Below are positions 13,962-24,758 of a stretch of 64,000 nucleotides of DNA, piece by piece. The stretch lies in NCBI GenBank assembly GCA_047967505.1, contig CM106538.1, one strand, 5' to 3'. The notes under the pieces were generated by a model. That model was not told the origin of the DNA and made no database searches. It was given only the letters and a program-made list of their open reading frames with translations. A program made the position numbers and the translations under genes. Each line of letters begins with the position of its first letter. Position 1 is the stretch's first letter. Origin of the DNA: Dipteris shenzhenensis. Taxonomy: Eukaryota.

Positions 13962-14195
13962 AGTGTTTTTTGACCGAACCCACCTTGAGAACTGCGAAAC
14001 CTGCTGTGTTTTCCGTCATCAAATGTGAGTCGATGCTTGTCTCCGATTTGTTCCTGAGGTCTCCAAGGTCAGCGAGCCCATGGGAGGGGCACTTAACGGA
14101 TCTGTCTTAGTGGTGCGACAACATCGTCCTGTGGTTGGGAAAATCACAGCTGAAGCTAGACAGGCAATCGGTGCTAGTACAACCCCGTTGAAGAC

Positions 14196-17100
14196 ATGCT
14201 TGGCGAAAACGAGGTTCAGAAGGGGGGAAGCCAGGGAATCAACAGGTGCAAAGTATCTGGTCTGCATGCAAAGAAACAATTGACGTGCTCAAGTTCTGAA
14301 GACCTTAGCTTGGCAGCGGAGCTAGAACTATCTGGCCACATGCGCAAGGCTAGCTGTAGGTCTGGACTACAACTTGATGTACAGCCACCGCAACGGGGCA
14401 GTGGTTGGGACATGCTGACCTTAGCACAAACACTCAGTATTTTGGATCGGATGGCTGAGCTACCTCCAATCGATACCTTTATCTGCATCTTGCAGAAGTG
14501 CAGGGTAAAAAACAACCTAGCGTACGCCAAGCGTGTACATGCACACATTTACCATAATGGAGTGGAAGCTCAAGGATATGTTGGGAACAACATTGTGCTA
14601 ATGTATGTGGGATGTGGAAGTGTGCCAGATGCTCGACAGGTTTTCAACAGGTTGGCTCGTCAGAATGAGCGGTTATGGACTTCTATCATGTTAGCGTATA
14701 TCCACTGTGGGCAAACGCCCCATGCTCTCTACCTTTACAAGGAAATGCAAAAGGATATGGTATATCCTAGCAGGTATACGCTTATAGCCTTATTAAAAGC
14801 TTGTGCTAAGCTGAAAAATGTGGAAAGAGGTAGAGAGATTCACGTTGAGATCTCACAAAAAGGATTTGAAAAGAATTTATTAGTTGGCAGCGCTTTGATT
14901 GACATGTATGCGAAATGTGGCTCACTTGCAGAGGCACATCAAGTCTTTGACAAGCTGCCAGTTCAAGATGTTGTGTCATGGGCTTCACTGATCGCAGGCT
15001 ATGCTGAACACGGACGTGGGGAACAAGCACTTGATTGTTTTGAACAGATGCAACTGGAGGGCATCTCTCCAGATGCTGTCACATTTCTTTGTGCGTTGAA
15101 AGCCTGTAGCAGCGTAGGAGCCTTAGACAAGGGTCGAGAAATACATGCTGATGTCACTCAAAAGGGCTTTGAAGGAGATCTTTTTGTCGGTAACACGCTG
15201 GTTGACATGTATGCCAAATGTGGCTCACTTTCAGAGGCATGTGAAGCCTTTGGCAAGCTGCCAGTTCGAGATGTTGTGTCTTGGGCAGCACTGATTGCAG
15301 GATATGCCGAGCATGGACCTGGACAGAAAGCACTTAAATGTTTTGAACAAATGCAAATGGAGGGTGTCGCCCCAAATGTTGTCACATATGCTTCTGTCTT
15401 GAAAGCTTGTAGCTGTACAGGAGCCATTAGCAAGGGCCGAGGAATGCATGCTGAAATCACACACAAGGGATTTGAAAGAGAGATTTTTGTTGTCAACACT
15501 TTGGTCGACATGTATGCCAAATGTGGTGGGCTTTCAGAGGCGCAGGCAGTCTTTGACAAGCTGGCTGTACGAGACGTTGTTTCCTGGACTGCACTAATTG
15601 CGGGATATGCTGAACATGGACCTGGCCAGGAAGCACTGAAATGTTTTGAACAGATGATACTGGAGGGCATCTCTCCGAGTGCTGTTACGCTTGTTTGTGC
15701 TTTGAAAGCTTGTGGCAGTGTAGAAGCCATAGTTAAGGGCAGAGAAATACATGCTGAGGTCACTCGGAAGGGACTTGACAGAGAACTTTTCCTCGGCAAT
15801 GCATTGGTCGACATGTATGCTAAATGTGATTCACTTCTAGAGGCGCAGAAAACCTTTGAGAAGCTCCCAGTTCGGGATGTTATTTCCTGGGCTGCCCTTA
15901 TTTCAGGATATGCTGATAATGGGGCTGGTCAGGAGGCTCTGAAATGTTTTGAGAAGATGCAAGCGGAGGGCGTCTCTCCAAACGCTGTTACGTTTGCTTG
16001 TGTCTTCAAAGCATGTGGGAGCATAGGGGCCATAGAAAAGGGTAGACAAATATATATGGAGATCACAAAAATGGGATTTGAAAGAGATCTTGTTGTAGCG
16101 GGCACTTTGGTTGATATGTATGTCAAATGTGGATCACTTTCTGAGGCACGGGAAGTCTTTGACAAGCTACCATCTCGAGATGTTGTGTCCTGGACTGCAA
16201 TAATTGCAGGATATGTTGAACTTGGACCTGCTGAGGAAGCACTGAAATGCTTTGAACATATGCAAATGGAGGGCATCTCTCCAGACAATATTACTTTTAT
16301 TTGTATTTTGAAAGCTTGTGGCATCATAAGAGCCCTATACAAGGGGCGAGAGATACATGCTGAGATTGCCGGCAAGGAATTTGAAAGCAATCTTGTTGGC
16401 AGTGCATTGGTCAACATGTATGCAAAATGTGGCTCACTTTCAGAGGCATGCGAAGTCTTTTATAAGCTGCCAGTACGAGATGTGCTGTCATGGGCTGCAC
16501 TAATCGTGGGACATGCTGAATATGGACCTTGTCAGGAAGCAATGAACTGTTTTGAACAAATGCAACTGGAGGGCATCCCGCTGGATGCTGTTACATTGGT
16601 TTGTGTCCTGAAAGCATGTGGCAGCAGTGGAGCCATAGACCAGGGGCGCAAATTGCATGCTGAGGCTACACAAAAGGGATTTGAAGGAGATCTTTTTGTG
16701 GGTAACAGTTTGATCGACATGTATTCAAAAAATGGCTCACTTTCAGAGGCACGCGAAGTCTTTGACAACCTCCCAGTCCAAGATGATGTATCTTGGGCTG
16801 CACTAATTGCAGGATATGCTGAACATGGACCGGGGCAGGATGCGCTGAAATATTTTGAGCAAATGCAATTGAAAGGTGTCTTGCCGACTCCAATTACATA
16901 TGTTTCGGTCTTGAAAGCTTGTGGCAGCATAGGAGCCATAGGCAAGGCCCAATACATACATGCTGAGCTTGCACAAAGGGGCCTTGAAGGAGACCTTTTT
17001 GTTGGCAACACATTGATTGACATTTATTGCAAATTTGGCTCAATTTCTGAGGCAAGGAGAGTCTTTGAGAAGCTACCACTTCGAGATGTTGTGTCATGGA

Positions 17101-17795
17101 GTACAATGATAAAAGGATATGGCTTGAACCATGAGGGTGAAATGGCTGTACAATGTTTTAATGAGATGCATAACCAGGGTGTGATGCCAAATGCTGTTAC
17201 ATTCAATTGTCTTCTTACTGCATGCAGCCATACCAACCTTCTCTTTGAGGGTCAGGAGTATTTCAAAGTGATGAGACAAAAATATGGAGTTCCACCAACG
17301 ATAGATCACTATACTTGCATTGTGGACCTTCTTGCACGAACAGGGCATTTGCATGAGGCAGAGAAGATGCTTGAAACTATGAGCTTTCATGCATCTGAAG
17401 GAGCATGGACAGCTTTACTTAGCGCTTGCAAAACATATGGGAAAGCAGAACTTGGACAGAGGTGCTTTCAACAGCTTGTCCAGATGGCTCCAGAATCAGC
17501 CACGTCGTATGTGCTCATGGCGAACATCTATTCACTTGCTGACAAGTGGGATGATGCATATAGAATAGACGACCTGAGGAAACATGTAGGGGTAAAGAAA
17601 AAGCCTGCAAGTGCTGTGGTAGAGGTGGACAATAAGGTGCATGAGTTTGTGGTGGGTAGCAATCACAGTAACGAAATTTCTATAATGCTAGAGAGCTTGA
17701 ATTCACGCTCAAAGGTGGAAGGGCATGTGCCATACGTAGATATGGTCTTAAAAACCATTCCTCATGAGGAGAATGAAGCTGTATACAGAAATTAG
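14196..17795 (+). CDS. PLS-class pentatricopeptide repeat protein, L-S-(P-L-S)x8-P2-L2-S2-E1-E2 plus truncated DYW:KP domain; putative organellar RNA-editing factor
   Basis: Uninterrupted 1199-aa ORF with ~101-aa triplets (VVSWxALIAGY / TFxCxLKAC / LVDMYAKCGS), E1 (AWTALLSAC), E2 (SYVLMANIYS), then KPASAVVEVDNKVHEFVVG..GHVP. The true start codon is uncertain. Confidence 0.96.
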   Translation: MLGENEVQKGGSQGINRCKVSGLHAKKQLTCSSSEDLSLAAELELSGHMRKASCRSGLQLDVQPPQRGSGWDMLTLAQTLSILDRMAELPPIDTFICILQKCRVKNNLAYAKRVHAHIYHNGVEAQGYVGNNIVLMYVGCGSVPDARQVFNRLARQNERLWTSIMLAYIHCGQTPHALYLYKEMQKDMVYPSRYTLIALLKACAKLKNVERGREIHVEISQKGFEKNLLVGSALIDMYAKCGSLAEAHQVFDKLPVQDVVSWASLIAGYAEHGRGEQALDCFEQMQLEGISPDAVTFLCALKACSSVGALDKGREIHADVTQKGFEGDLFVGNTLVDMYAKCGSLSEACEAFGKLPVRDVVSWAALIAGYAEHGPGQKALKCFEQMQMEGVAPNVVTYASVLKACSCTGAISKGRGMHAEITHKGFEREIFVVNTLVDMYAKCGGLSEAQAVFDKLAVRDVVSWTALIAGYAEHGPGQEALKCFEQMILEGISPSAVTLVCALKACGSVEAIVKGREIHAEVTRKGLDRELFLGNALVDMYAKCDSLLEAQKTFEKLPVRDVISWAALISGYADNGAGQEALKCFEKMQAEGVSPNAVTFACVFKACGSIGAIEKGRQIYMEITKMGFERDLVVAGTLVDMYVKCGSLSEAREVFDKLPSRDVVSWTAIIAGYVELGPAEEALKCFEHMQMEGISPDNITFICILKACGIIRALYKGREIHAEIAGKEFESNLVGSALVNMYAKCGSLSEACEVFYKLPVRDVLSWAALIVGHAEYGPCQEAMNCFEQMQLEGIPLDAVTLVCVLKACGSSGAIDQGRKLHAEATQKGFEGDLFVGNSLIDMYSKNGSLSEAREVFDNLPVQDDVSWAALIAGYAEHGPGQDALKYFEQMQLKGVLPTPITYVSVLKACGSIGAIGKAQYIHAELAQRGLEGDLFVGNTLIDIYCKFGSISEARRVFEKLPLRDVVSWSTMIKGYGLNHEGEMAVQCFNEMHNQGVMPNAVTFNCLLTACSHTNLLFEGQEYFKVMRQKYGVPPTIDHYTCIVDLLARTGHLHEAEKMLETMSFHASEGAWTALLSACKTYGKAELGQRCFQQLVQMAPESATSYVLMANIYSLADKWDDAYRIDDLRKHVGVKKKPASAVVEVDNKVHEFVVGSNHSNEISIMLESLNSRSKVEGHVPYVDMVLKTIPHEENEAVYRN

Positions 17796-17827
17796 TCATA
17801 GTCGTGGGGTTTTGCAATATGCCACAG
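17786..17827 (+). pseudogene. Out-of-frame remnant of the DYW deaminase core
   Basis: A shifted frame reads QKLVIVVGFCNMPQ, aligning with the DYW segment EKLAIAFGLLNTPx that normally follows the HxE motif. Confidence 0.7.
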
Positions 17828-17914
17828 GAAATGTTTGCCATGCTGAAAGAGAAGCTACTTCTGATCCAGTGTAGATCTTACCAAATCTCCAAAAAGCTTT
17901 TCATCTCCAATGTA

Positions 17915-18958
17915 ATGCTCGTGGGAAGAACGGCCTTGGAGAAGTTCTAATGTAGGTGCAACATTCAGTGGGATCTAAGAGTGTGGTTCTGGCCCGTTTG
18001 CATAGGGCATTCAGACCAGGTGGAGGAGGTCTCCTTTTCTTACACTAGCATCGGACACCGTTAACAGCTCGAGGGAGCAGCATGGTCTCCCTTGAGGGAA
18101 CGCCATTGGTTAGAGCAGGATGTTCCGAGAGAGGTCATAGCCTGTTTCTGGCCTCGTCTTTGGGCGATCTTGCGCCCACTTAAGATTCCTACTTTTTCTA
18201 GCTGATGGCTCATGGGGATCTGCCCATCGGCCCCTGGCTGGAGCAGATACGGGTAGACGGTAGATGCACTGGCTGTGCAGATGGAGTTTTGGAGACAATC
18301 CCTCACTGCCTATGGGGTTGTTCTACAGCGGATATGGCTAGTGTTCTTTTGGATTGTGGCTAGTACACGGAGGATGAGCAAGGATTTCACTTGGGGGATG
18401 GCGACCTAGCTCACGGAGGGAGGACACACCTTCGCGATTGACCCTGTCTCTCCGGCTTACAGGATACATGGAAAGCAGGTCTTCCAGATTTAGATTCATG
18501 ATGTAGTTCGACCCTCCTGCTGAGGCCCACCATCTCTACCGGAGGACAGTGTGTGGGAGAGAGTTTCTAGCATAAGTGCTTGGAACATCTGGGTCGCTCG
18601 ATGCAATCGAATGATGGGAGGCCAGTTGATTTCTTCGACAGCTATTCTAGTAGCCATCTGGCAGGATATCATCTTCCCGCTGTGCGCCATTTGCGAGCGT
18701 GGTACCCCAGGCTCGAGAGCGACTGCCGAAAGGCGGGAGTGTTTCTGCCAAGCATGGCTGGCAGAAATCTTCTGCGAAGGGTATTCGTTGGATGTATAGG
18801 CCACCACCTTGGTTGCTAGCTCCTGTTTGGGCGGTGAGCCAAGAGATCCGAAAACAGGTGGCTTTCTTACAGTTGGCAACCTGCTTCTCTTTTGTATTTG
18901 CATCGGCAACTCCTTTTCAAAGCATTAATATAATCTTCATTTTTTTGGAAGAAAAAAG
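17915..18958 (+). mobile_element. 5'-truncated L1-like LINE (zf-RVT and 3' end)
   Basis: FWPRLWAILRPLKIPTFF*LMAHG..CTGCADGVLETIPHCLWGC and WNIWVARC. Ends TTAATATAATCTTCATTTTTTTGGAAGAAAAAAG, resembling the 3' end of the 10281 element. The 5' boundary is approximate. Confidence 0.85.
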
Positions 18959-19099
18959 GATGAGAAATTTGTAAGAATCTGACCAACTTTTCTATTGACC
19001 AGCTTTGAGATGGGATGTGGATGCCTTTGTTAGAACATGCATGATCTATCAGAAGGTCAAGTTTGACTGATAGAAGGCACCTAGGTGTTGCATCATCCA

Positions 19100-20190
19100 T
19101 TGCCTATTCTAGATAGATCGTGGGAGAGCATTGCCTTGGATTTTTATTTTGATCTTCCTTAGACACCTATGGCGAATGATGGCCTTTGGACTATCGTAGG
19201 CTAGTTCAACAACATGCATATTTCATTCCAGTGAGGAAGAAAATCACAACGGATCACATGGCAAGAAGGATATCTTTAAATATCATGGGATGCCTCAGTG
19301 TATCATTAGTGAGAGAGATCCGTGCATGACGAGTTTGTTTTGGAGAGGGATCTTTGAAATTAGGGCACTACTTTGAAGTTTTCATCCTCTTTTCTTCATC
19401 AGATAGATGGGTAACCCGAAGAGGCTAATTCCACTATACTTGATTTCTTGAAATGTTGTGTCTGAGCATAAGACACAATGGGAGAAATATTTGCCATTAG
19501 TGGAGTTTACTTATAATAGTATTGTGTATACATCTTCTTGTAAGGCTCTATTTTACATAGTGGAAGAGGGGAGGAAAGTGCCGCCTATCTTGCATATGTT
19601 GAGAATATGGATGTGGCATATCAGAAAGTTAAACAAGCTCTCCAAAAGACTCAAGGCAAAGTAAAAGAAAGCAACTGATCGCCACCGTCGTGCATTAGAG
19701 TCTGCAGAGGGTGATTGGGTTCTTTTGCAATTTCAAAAGGCCAAGCTGAAAATCGAAGGGGCAAAGATAGATATTACCCCAGTTAAGCACGAGGTACTAT
19801 GGACCTTTTCAAGTTTAGAAAAGATCAATGATTAGCTTACAGGTTGAAGCTACCAGGTCATCGGAGAATTGACAATGCTTTCCATGTGAGTCTTCTTAAA
19901 CCTTTCTAGGGAATGTGCTAGAGGATATGCATTTTGAGAAGCAGTCATAGGTTGAGGAGCTAGATGAGATCCTAGTTTTAGGGTAGATTTAGGCACATAA
20001 GGAAAGAAAGGTCAAAGGTAGAGTTTCCCGTAGCTACTTGGTGAAATTTCGGAAGAGGGTGATTTGGCAGATACACCTCAGCTGGTACCATTTACCTGGA
20101 AGCTTTTCAACTTGAGCCAACTTTGGTTGTGGCTTCTTCAGGCTCAACAGAGCATAGGTCTAGAGCATTTCTTGATGCTCAAGAGAGGAG
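19100..20190 (+). mobile_element. Chromovirus-type Ty3/gypsy integrase and chromodomain remnant ending in a polypurine tract
   Basis: WESIALDFIFDLP, KYHGMPQCIISERDP, WEKYLPLVEFTYN, RYYGPF, AYRLKLP..NAFHVSLLKPF, chromo-like AHKERKVKGRVSRSYLVKF; PPT-like AAGAGAGGAG at 20181-20190. Confidence 0.85.
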
Positions 20191-20193
20191 TAG

Positions 20194-21410
20194 TGCTTCC
20201 GTTGCTTTGTACAAACATGCTCAAATATCTAGAGGTCACTTGGTGAGATGGTATGTTCACCCGAGGTATTGATTGCTGACAGTATATCTGCCTTGAGACT
20301 TCTATGATCAGCCTACTAGTCACTATGAGATAGTTTGTTGCAATGAAAATCCTAGGCTCTGAGAATCATATATGCAGCATTGGTTGGCAATGCATGTTGG
20401 GATATGCTTATGCTGGCACTGACATGCGTTTGAGTTTATGGATGACCTTGTCACACTCGATGCAATCGCAGTCGCTTGCCATTTTTCAAGAGAGAGGTAT
20501 GTTATGAGGGCATGAGTTTTTGAGCTTGCCTGTGGACAGGACCCTGGGAAAATGAAGGCCATGGGTTGCTAGGTGTGTAAGGGCCCCTAGGAGTTATTGC
20601 CTTAGGGGTGAATTTGTTAATTGGTCCAAAGAGGGGGCAAAGGGCCTTAAGGTTCTAAGGTTGGACAATTGGTTTGGTCCTAAAAAAGTGCCCCACTACA
20701 GGGGGCATGGGGGCAAATGAAACGTAGGTGTCACGTGGTATCTACTGAAAACTACAAAGGCTACGTGCATGGTTTGATGGGCTTTTAAAGCACTCGTAGA
20801 AATTGCGTGGTGCTGATGGGAGGAAGAAAAGCTAGTTGTATGGTGAATCGTCGAGGCACGGGGGGAGGATGGATGATTTTATGTATTGGATCTAGATCGA
20901 GGTTCGTACGTTGCACTTTGGGATGTGCGGTTCATTTTTAGTGTCTATATGAGTGGCCTTGAGTACTAAAGAGGCTTGTGGGATGATAGCTCCATCCATA
21001 GAGGGCCTGGTTGCTTATAGGGCCAAGCCTATTGACACAGAACTGATCTGGAAGGGGCGATTGCATTCAATTGTGTGTGTGTGTGTGTGATTGTTGGTGT
21101 ATAGGCAGGGTATGTTGATGTACAGGCAGGATAATGCACCATTGAGAATGGGTTGCACAAGCTCGTGTATGCGCTTAGTTGGATGCCACCAGGTTGCTTC
21201 CGCTTGATTCTGCTACTTTGTTGTGAGCTGTCTTGTAGAGACTTTGTTGGCAGGGTGGTTTAGAGTGGATGCTTCCAGATCGAGTGCAAAGTTCCCAAGA
21301 TTGCAAGCTGATCATTTATGCTTTCACCCATTGCTTGGGCATCCTAGTGGTCTAGTGAACACTTGAGGTAGCCCAAGGAGTTGTGGCCCCCACACGGGTT
21401 GCTAATAACA
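20194..21410 (+). mobile_element. Probable 3' LTR of the chromovirus remnant
   Basis: TG follows the PPT and a candidate ...TAACA end lies at 21410. No partner LTR in the window to confirm. Confidence 0.35.
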
Positions 21411-24173
21411 ATTTCCAAGTTTCATGCAAGCATTTAGAATAGTGTTGATTGCCTATTGCTTTGTGAGGTGGGAGCAGAGCCTAGCTTGTGTCATTGCTTG
21501 TGGTATTGATACCCTTTGGAAGTGAGATATGCAAATAATGCAAGGAAAGTTTGAATCTATCGTGTATCCCATTTGTAGGGTTCTCCAATTAATAAAGGGG
21601 CACCAAGGTTTAAGGCCAATCTGTGACATTGTCTTGAGTAAGAGCATTCTAGCTCCCATTCAAATGGTTGTTATTTACTAAATTGTTTGAGTTAGAGCAT
21701 TGGCTGGTTAATTTTCTATTATCGGCCTCTTGTTTGCCTTGAGGTCAGTTTCATACACATTTTGCGCTTGCGCACCTCAGTGTAGCTCAAGATGGAAGCA
21801 GTGGTTGCCAAATAGTAACGAATGCCTTAAAAAACTTTCTTGTGTATCGCATGTTCTGGTTGTCATCTACATCAAAGAAGGAATGTATGAGAAAACCGTG
21901 AACCTATAGAAGAATTGATGTTTCTGGGTGCTGCCATCGGGTACACGATCATAACAGGAGCCCAAAATAATGTCAAATAGTTGTGATGTTTTTGAAATCC
22001 TCACCTTAGAGTCAATGGTAGTCATTACTTTTGTGGGGGGGATACAATGATTACTTTTGGGCAAGGGACCAGCCAAGACACGCATATTTTTCCATGGCTA
22101 CTCCTCTGTTTATTACATGTAAGAATGTGTGATTGATTTTGGCTTGCACATTTATGTTTCATGAATTTGCTTCAGATTAATCATGCTCATCAAGGCTATG
22201 AAACCGAATTAAGTGAAGCAAATTCGGCAATCCAGTGCAAAAGGATCAAGCCACATAGTTTCTGACCATCATATTTGTTTCGTTCAGTGGGGTGCAATGG
22301 GATTTCGGTGGCCAATGCCATAATGAGACCCAGCCCATCTTCAACGAACCTTACCTTTCTCCCTATCCTTACAAAATGCAAGTGGTGGAGGAGATCGTTC
22401 AATGAACAAAGAGTTTTTGTCCAGATTCTCAACCTCACAAGACTTTTAGATTTACAAAAAGATTCCCGTCTTGCACTTTTTGTTCATCCGATTGAGGAGG
22501 TCAAATATTATAGTCATTGGTGCTTTCCTGGACTACCGAATACTTGGACCGAGCTGCTCTATTTTTCTTTGTTTATAACAGGTAACTGATACCAATGGCA
22601 TTCAAATTTTCATCTAGCCTGCTAATGGGTCTACTTAAATAAAAAATTCATTATCTATACATTCTAGCATCGGATTTCCGTGGGAATTGCATTTGATCTG
22701 CAAAACTCCATGAATTTGCAAGATTCACTGGGAAAAATTAATTGGTGATAGTTCATTAGGCTAACTTAATTAATTAACCCCCTAACGTAATTTATTAAAT
22801 TTAATTAATCCTCCCTCCCTAATCCTTCCCTCCCGTCCACCTTACCAACCTCTGCTTCTCTACGCTTCACCTCACCAGTTGTATCTCTCTGCCTATGCTC
22901 TACTCGCCGATTACAACCGCCCCCCCCCCAAACACACATTTGCAGTCTGCCGCCTTCCATCTATTCGAGCTACTCCCCTCCAGCAAGCTCTCAATCAAGC
23001 TCCACCCCTTTGCCAAGTCCTCCGATCCAGAACAGATTCGTGCTTGTCTTGCAATGGAATGGTTCAAGACAACAGAGTTAGAATGGTAGTGAAATAAACA
23101 CGGTTTCCATTGTTCCGATCCAATAGATAGGAGTGCAGAAGCAAGGCAAGATGGAGACAACAACAACGCAGAGCAGGGCGGTTTGGAAAAATCAAGAAGT
23201 CGAGACACGTGGTGAACATTTGTAATCCCCCATTATCCCCCTTCACCCCCTTTAATTGGCTAATTGAATTTTTTCTCTCATAACCCCCCTATTGGCATTC
23301 AAACTTTTCAAAGCTATCAATCAAGACATTGGTTGGTGCAAAATATATTCCCACACATGATCGAAAGCCATGAAACATCAATTGGTCTCACGAATATTCC
23401 TTTCAATTTCTTTCACTAGCTAACCTCACAGGTTGACTCACTCTAAAGAGTTTTGTGTAGTGCATTTCAAGGTGAGCAGACCTTCTTTTATATGACCTAA
23501 TCATCCTTTAGCTATTTTTTCAATATCATGAATGATTTGCTACTATTTCCCCGCTTCTAATCTAGATGTTTGGTTTTCCATTGGATGTGCGAGAACATCC
23601 ACCATGGATTCCTTCAAATATAGTCTCATAGCTTTTGTCCATGGGTTTTGCACTAGTACTATCTTAATTAGTAGTTTGCTATATCCTTCACAAGAGCGCA
23701 CCTCGCTTTGAGGCCAGGGATTTCCCTTTGGTTTACCTATGGGTGGCTCATGCCATTTGAAGCATGCTTTTTATTGTATACATTGGCTCCTTTTAGTGGT
23801 TATTGTGTGAACGAGTGTGGAGCTAACAAGTCTATTATATGCTGCTAAGTGGGCAATCGTATGCTTTAGACATAAGGTCATGGGATTGCCCTTTGGTACA
23901 ACCCCTGTGTGGGTTGTACCCTTATGTGGCCCATACTATCCAATGCTCTCTATGTACTTTTTGGCCCCTTGTAGAGGTTATGGAATGTTGTATCCTTTTG
24001 ATTGAATATAAGATCCATGGATCTTTCTATCAAAATACCATAGCCTTTTTTAAACAAGTGGGATTTTTTGGATTTATCCCCACTTCATTTTTAAACCTTT
24101 TTATTTGTAAAGCTTGTTGCTTATCATTTTAAAGTATGTTAATGTGTACAATTTATTGCCATGTGGTTCATGC

Positions 24174-24758
24174 ATAGTCTAGATAGGGTTGCACAATTCC
24201 AATGTAGTCTAGATTTTGTTCCATGTATGTTGCAAGCTCCTTTCCTGATATGTGATAATTTGGGTATTTGTGCTTTTTGTGGATAAAGTATCTTTATGTC
24301 CGTAGCTTTTGGTGAAGATAAGATTTGTGAGTATTTGTGATTTTTATCTTTATGTCTGTAACTTTTAGTGAAGAAAAGATACTTGGTCTGTTAATAGTTT
24401 TTCTTCTTGTTGACTCCTAGTTGACACAAGAATTAGACCCGGTGTCAGGTCTAATTCTTGTGTATAGTCTAGATAGGGTTACACAATTCAGAGGTACAAC
24501 CAATGTAGTCTAGGTTTTGTTCCATGTATGTTGCAAGCTCCTTTCCTGATATGTGATATTTTGGGTATTTGTGCTTTTTGTGGATATAGTATCTTTATGT
24601 CCGTAGCTTTTAGTGAAGAAAAGATTTGTGAGTATTTGTGATTTTCATGGATATAGTATCTTTATGTCTTTAGCTTTTAGTGAAGAAAAGATACTTGGTC
24701 TGTTTATAGTTTTTCTTCTTGTTGACTCCTGGTTGACACAAGAATTAGACTTGGTGTC
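24174..24758. repeat. Tandem duplication (~290-bp period) with a hairpin at the junction
   Basis: 24174-24446 vs 24464-24758 are near-identical; perfect 16-bp inverted repeat at 24424-24439/24448-24463. Confidence 0.95.

Larger units (their letters stand above)
10277..13971. mobile_element. L1-like LINE insertion with 5' inversion and target-site duplication AGTGTTTTTT
   Basis: TSD copies at 10277-10286 and 13962-13971. The 3' half lies on - (10281-11910) and the RT-containing half on + (11911-13961). Confidence 0.85.

Noticed and set aside
14216-17390. Long antisense ORFs within the PPR gene
   Set aside because: Shadow frames of the repetitive sense codon pattern.
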